Shown: piece by piece, positions 40,556-42,442 of the stretch | How positions within the stretch are numbered: the stretch's first letter is position 1 | How the letters are laid out: each line of letters begins with the position of its first letter | From: an uncultured Steroidobacteraceae bacterium | Lineage (GTDB): Bacteria > Pseudomonadota > Gammaproteobacteria > Steroidobacterales > Steroidobacteraceae | Assembly (NCBI GenBank): GCA_964543105.1 | Contig: CAZIXV010000001.1 | Location: 1 to 42,442, forward strand | Direction: 5' to 3' | DNA: 42,442 nucleotides | Made by a program: the position numbers and the translations under genes | Notes under the pieces: generated by a model | The model's input: only the letters and a program-made list of their open reading frames with translations | Told to the model about the DNA's origin: nothing | Database searches by the model: none

Positions 40556-42360
40556 CAGTACACATCTTTCTGGTAACGCCGTTCACGCTGCAAATCCAGC
40601 AGGAACTCGTTCGCTTGATCAGTATCGAGGCCGCCGTGCGTGCGGATCACGTCGTGCAGCGCCGCCTCGACATCGGGCGCCATCTGCTGCGCGTCGCCGC
40701 AGATGTAGAGATGCGCGCCATCGCGCAGCCAGGCGTAGAGATCCGCGCCCTGCTCGCGAATGCGGTGCTGGACGTAGGCCTTTTGCTCGCCATCGCGCGA
40801 GAACGCCACATCGAGCCGATGCAACAGACCGCGCTTACGCCAATCGAGCCAATCGGTCTGATATAAAAAATCATCGCGCAGCGTGCGATCGCCAAAGAAC
40901 AACCAATTGCGACCGCGCGCGCCGAGTGCTTCGCGCTCAGCGACAAAAGCTCGGAACGGTGCGATACCGGTGCCTGGGCCGATCATGATGATCGGCGTCT
41001 CGGCATTCGCCGGCAGCCGAAACGCGGGATTGCGATGCGGATAGACCGCCACGTGGGCGTCCTCATCGGTCGCTTCGGCGAGCGCAGCCGAGACCACACC
41101 GCGATGCTTACGGCCGCGCGATTCATAGGTGATGACGCGCACGGTGAGATGGACCTCATCCGGCGTCGCACGCGGACTCGATGCAATCGAATACAAACGC
41201 GGCGCCAGCGGCCGCAATACCTGCATCATTGCGGCGACGTCGTGGTCGCGTAGCGGATAGTCGGCGATCAGATCGATGAGATGACGGCCATAGAGCATGG
41301 CGCCCAAGCGCTCCGCGTGGTCGGGAGCAATCAGTTCGAGCAGTTCGGCATGCTGAGTCAGCGTCGCGTAACGCTCGACGAGTGAGCGCGTCAACGGGCC
41401 GATGTCGAAATGGTCCGTCAACGCCGCGCGCAAGGATGTCGTCGCACCGCCCACGCTGACTTCAGCTTCGGCATCGAATGGCAGTTGCTCGAGCAGCGCA
41501 GCCACATCGGCCTCGTGATTGCGCGGTACGACGCCCAACGCATCGCCCGGCTCGTAATGAATCCCGGCGTCCTCGGTCGACAGCTCGATGTGCCGCACAT
41601 CTTTCGATGAGCTGCGTGCCGTCAAGCGAACATTGGCGAGCACCGGCGCCCGCAAGGGATTCTTGCGCGTATATGCCGTTGCCACCGAGGCAACGGGTCG
41701 CATCATCGTTACCGTGCCTGCCGGCGCGGCTTCGCCTTGCACGGCCGCGAGCCGCGCGACCAACGCGGTAATCCAACTCTCCGCCGGCGTCTGGAAATCC
41801 ACGTCGCATTCGACGCGATCTTGCAAGCGTTGTGCACCGAGTGCTTCGAGCTGCGCATCGAAACGCCGTCCGGTTTCGCAGAACTTCTCATAGCTCGAAT
41901 CGCCGAGTGCCAGCACGGCGAATTTCAAATGCCCGAGCTTGGGGCTCTTGCGTCCATGCAATAGCTCATACAGCGGACGTGCAGCATCGGGCGGATCGCC
42001 CTCGCCATGCGTGCTGACGACGACGAGCAGATACTGCGCCTCGTCCAGATGCGTCTTGCGGCAATCGAGCATATCGAGCGCCACATTGCTCACGCCGGCG
42101 GCCGTCAACGCGACCCCCAACTGCTTCGCCACCGATTCGCAATTGCCGCTTTGCGAACCATAGATGATCGTCGCCGTCGGGCGCGCCTGCCCCGCGGGGG
42201 CGGCCGCGGCCGGCGCCTGCCCTAAGGTGCCGAGCAGATAACCGCTCAACCAGGCACGTTGTGTGGCATCGAGCCGACCGACGAGGTTTTGTACCTCATC
42301 GGCCAGTGCTCGATCGAACGGCAACGCGTCTGCAGACACCGCTGCTGCGAGCTCACTCAT
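40555..42360 (-). CDS. cysJ: Assimilatory sulfite reductase flavoprotein subunit
   Basis: AWLSGY, flavodoxin YGSQSGN/STHGEGDPP, RLYSIASS, GPGTGIAPFR, YICGDA, RYQKDVY. Confidence 0.95.
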   Translation of the reverse strand: MSELAAAVSADALPFDRALADEVQNLVGRLDATQRAWLSGYLLGTLGQAPAAAAPAGQARPTATIIYGSQSGNCESVAKQLGVALTAAGVSNVALDMLDCRKTHLDEAQYLLVVVSTHGEGDPPDAARPLYELLHGRKSPKLGHLKFAVLALGDSSYEKFCETGRRFDAQLEALGAQRLQDRVECDVDFQTPAESWITALVARLAAVQGEAAPAGTVTMMRPVASVATAYTRKNPLRAPVLANVRLTARSSSKDVRHIELSTEDAGIHYEPGDALGVVPRNHEADVAALLEQLPFDAEAEVSVGGATTSLRAALTDHFDIGPLTRSLVERYATLTQHAELLELIAPDHAERLGAMLYGRHLIDLIADYPLRDHDVAAMMQVLRPLAPRLYSIASSPRATPDEVHLTVRVITYESRGRKHRGVVSAALAEATDEDAHVAVYPHRNPAFRLPANAETPIIMIGPGTGIAPFRAFVAEREALGARGRNWLFFGDRTLRDDFLYQTDWLDWRKRGLLHRLDVAFSRDGEQKAYVQHRIREQGADLYAWLRDGAHLYICGDAQQMAPDVEAALHDVIRTHGGLDTDQANEFLLDLQRERRYQKDVY

Positions 42361-42378
42361 GATGGCAATTCGTCGTAA

Positions 42379-42442
42379 TCAAGCAGGCTGCTTGGTCACC
42401 CGCAGATACGGGCGCTGTTCGTCCCAACCGTTCGGAAACAGC
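42379..42442 (-). CDS. 3' end of a probable 1-Cys peroxiredoxin (Prx6/LsfA-like), cut off by the window edge
   Basis: ...LFPNGWDEQRPYLRVTKQPA* resembles the Prx6 C-terminus (FPxG...PYLRxTxQP); only 20 codons visible. Confidence 0.6.
   Translation of the reverse strand, partial: LFPNGWDEQRPYLRVTKQPA

Overview
A GC-rich gammaproteobacterial chromosome segment. Gene content and order resemble Steroidobacteraceae/Xanthomonadales-like bacteria, but this is inference. Most of it is housekeeping: gatCA divergent from mreBCD-mrdA-rodA-mltB-rlpA-dac-dat-ybeD; lipA-lipB-quinone oxidoreductase on the opposite strand; a tonB-exbB-exbD-exbD-TPR operon; amgK-murU divergent from lptD-surA-pdxA-rsmA-usp-apaG-apaH; a kynurenine operon (nbaC, cyclase/kynB-like, kynU, kmo, phzF-like); and prx-cysJ-cysI at the right end. 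Three things stand out. (1) A four-gene accessory module at about 35.4-38.7 kb encodes a stand-alone protein made only of EF-G domains III and V (no GTPase, no domains II or IV), behind a long structured leader, next to an NhaR-like LysR regulator, a tandem USP and a small membrane protein. (2) Seven short 7- or 8-mer tandem arrays from four sequence families sit at gene junctions in core operons; three form long hairpins and four run up to start codons that lack a Shine-Dalgarno. (3) murU has an in-frame TAA stop. I saw no rRNA, tRNA, CRISPR array, transposase or integrase. All calls come from reading sequence motifs; no database searches were run.
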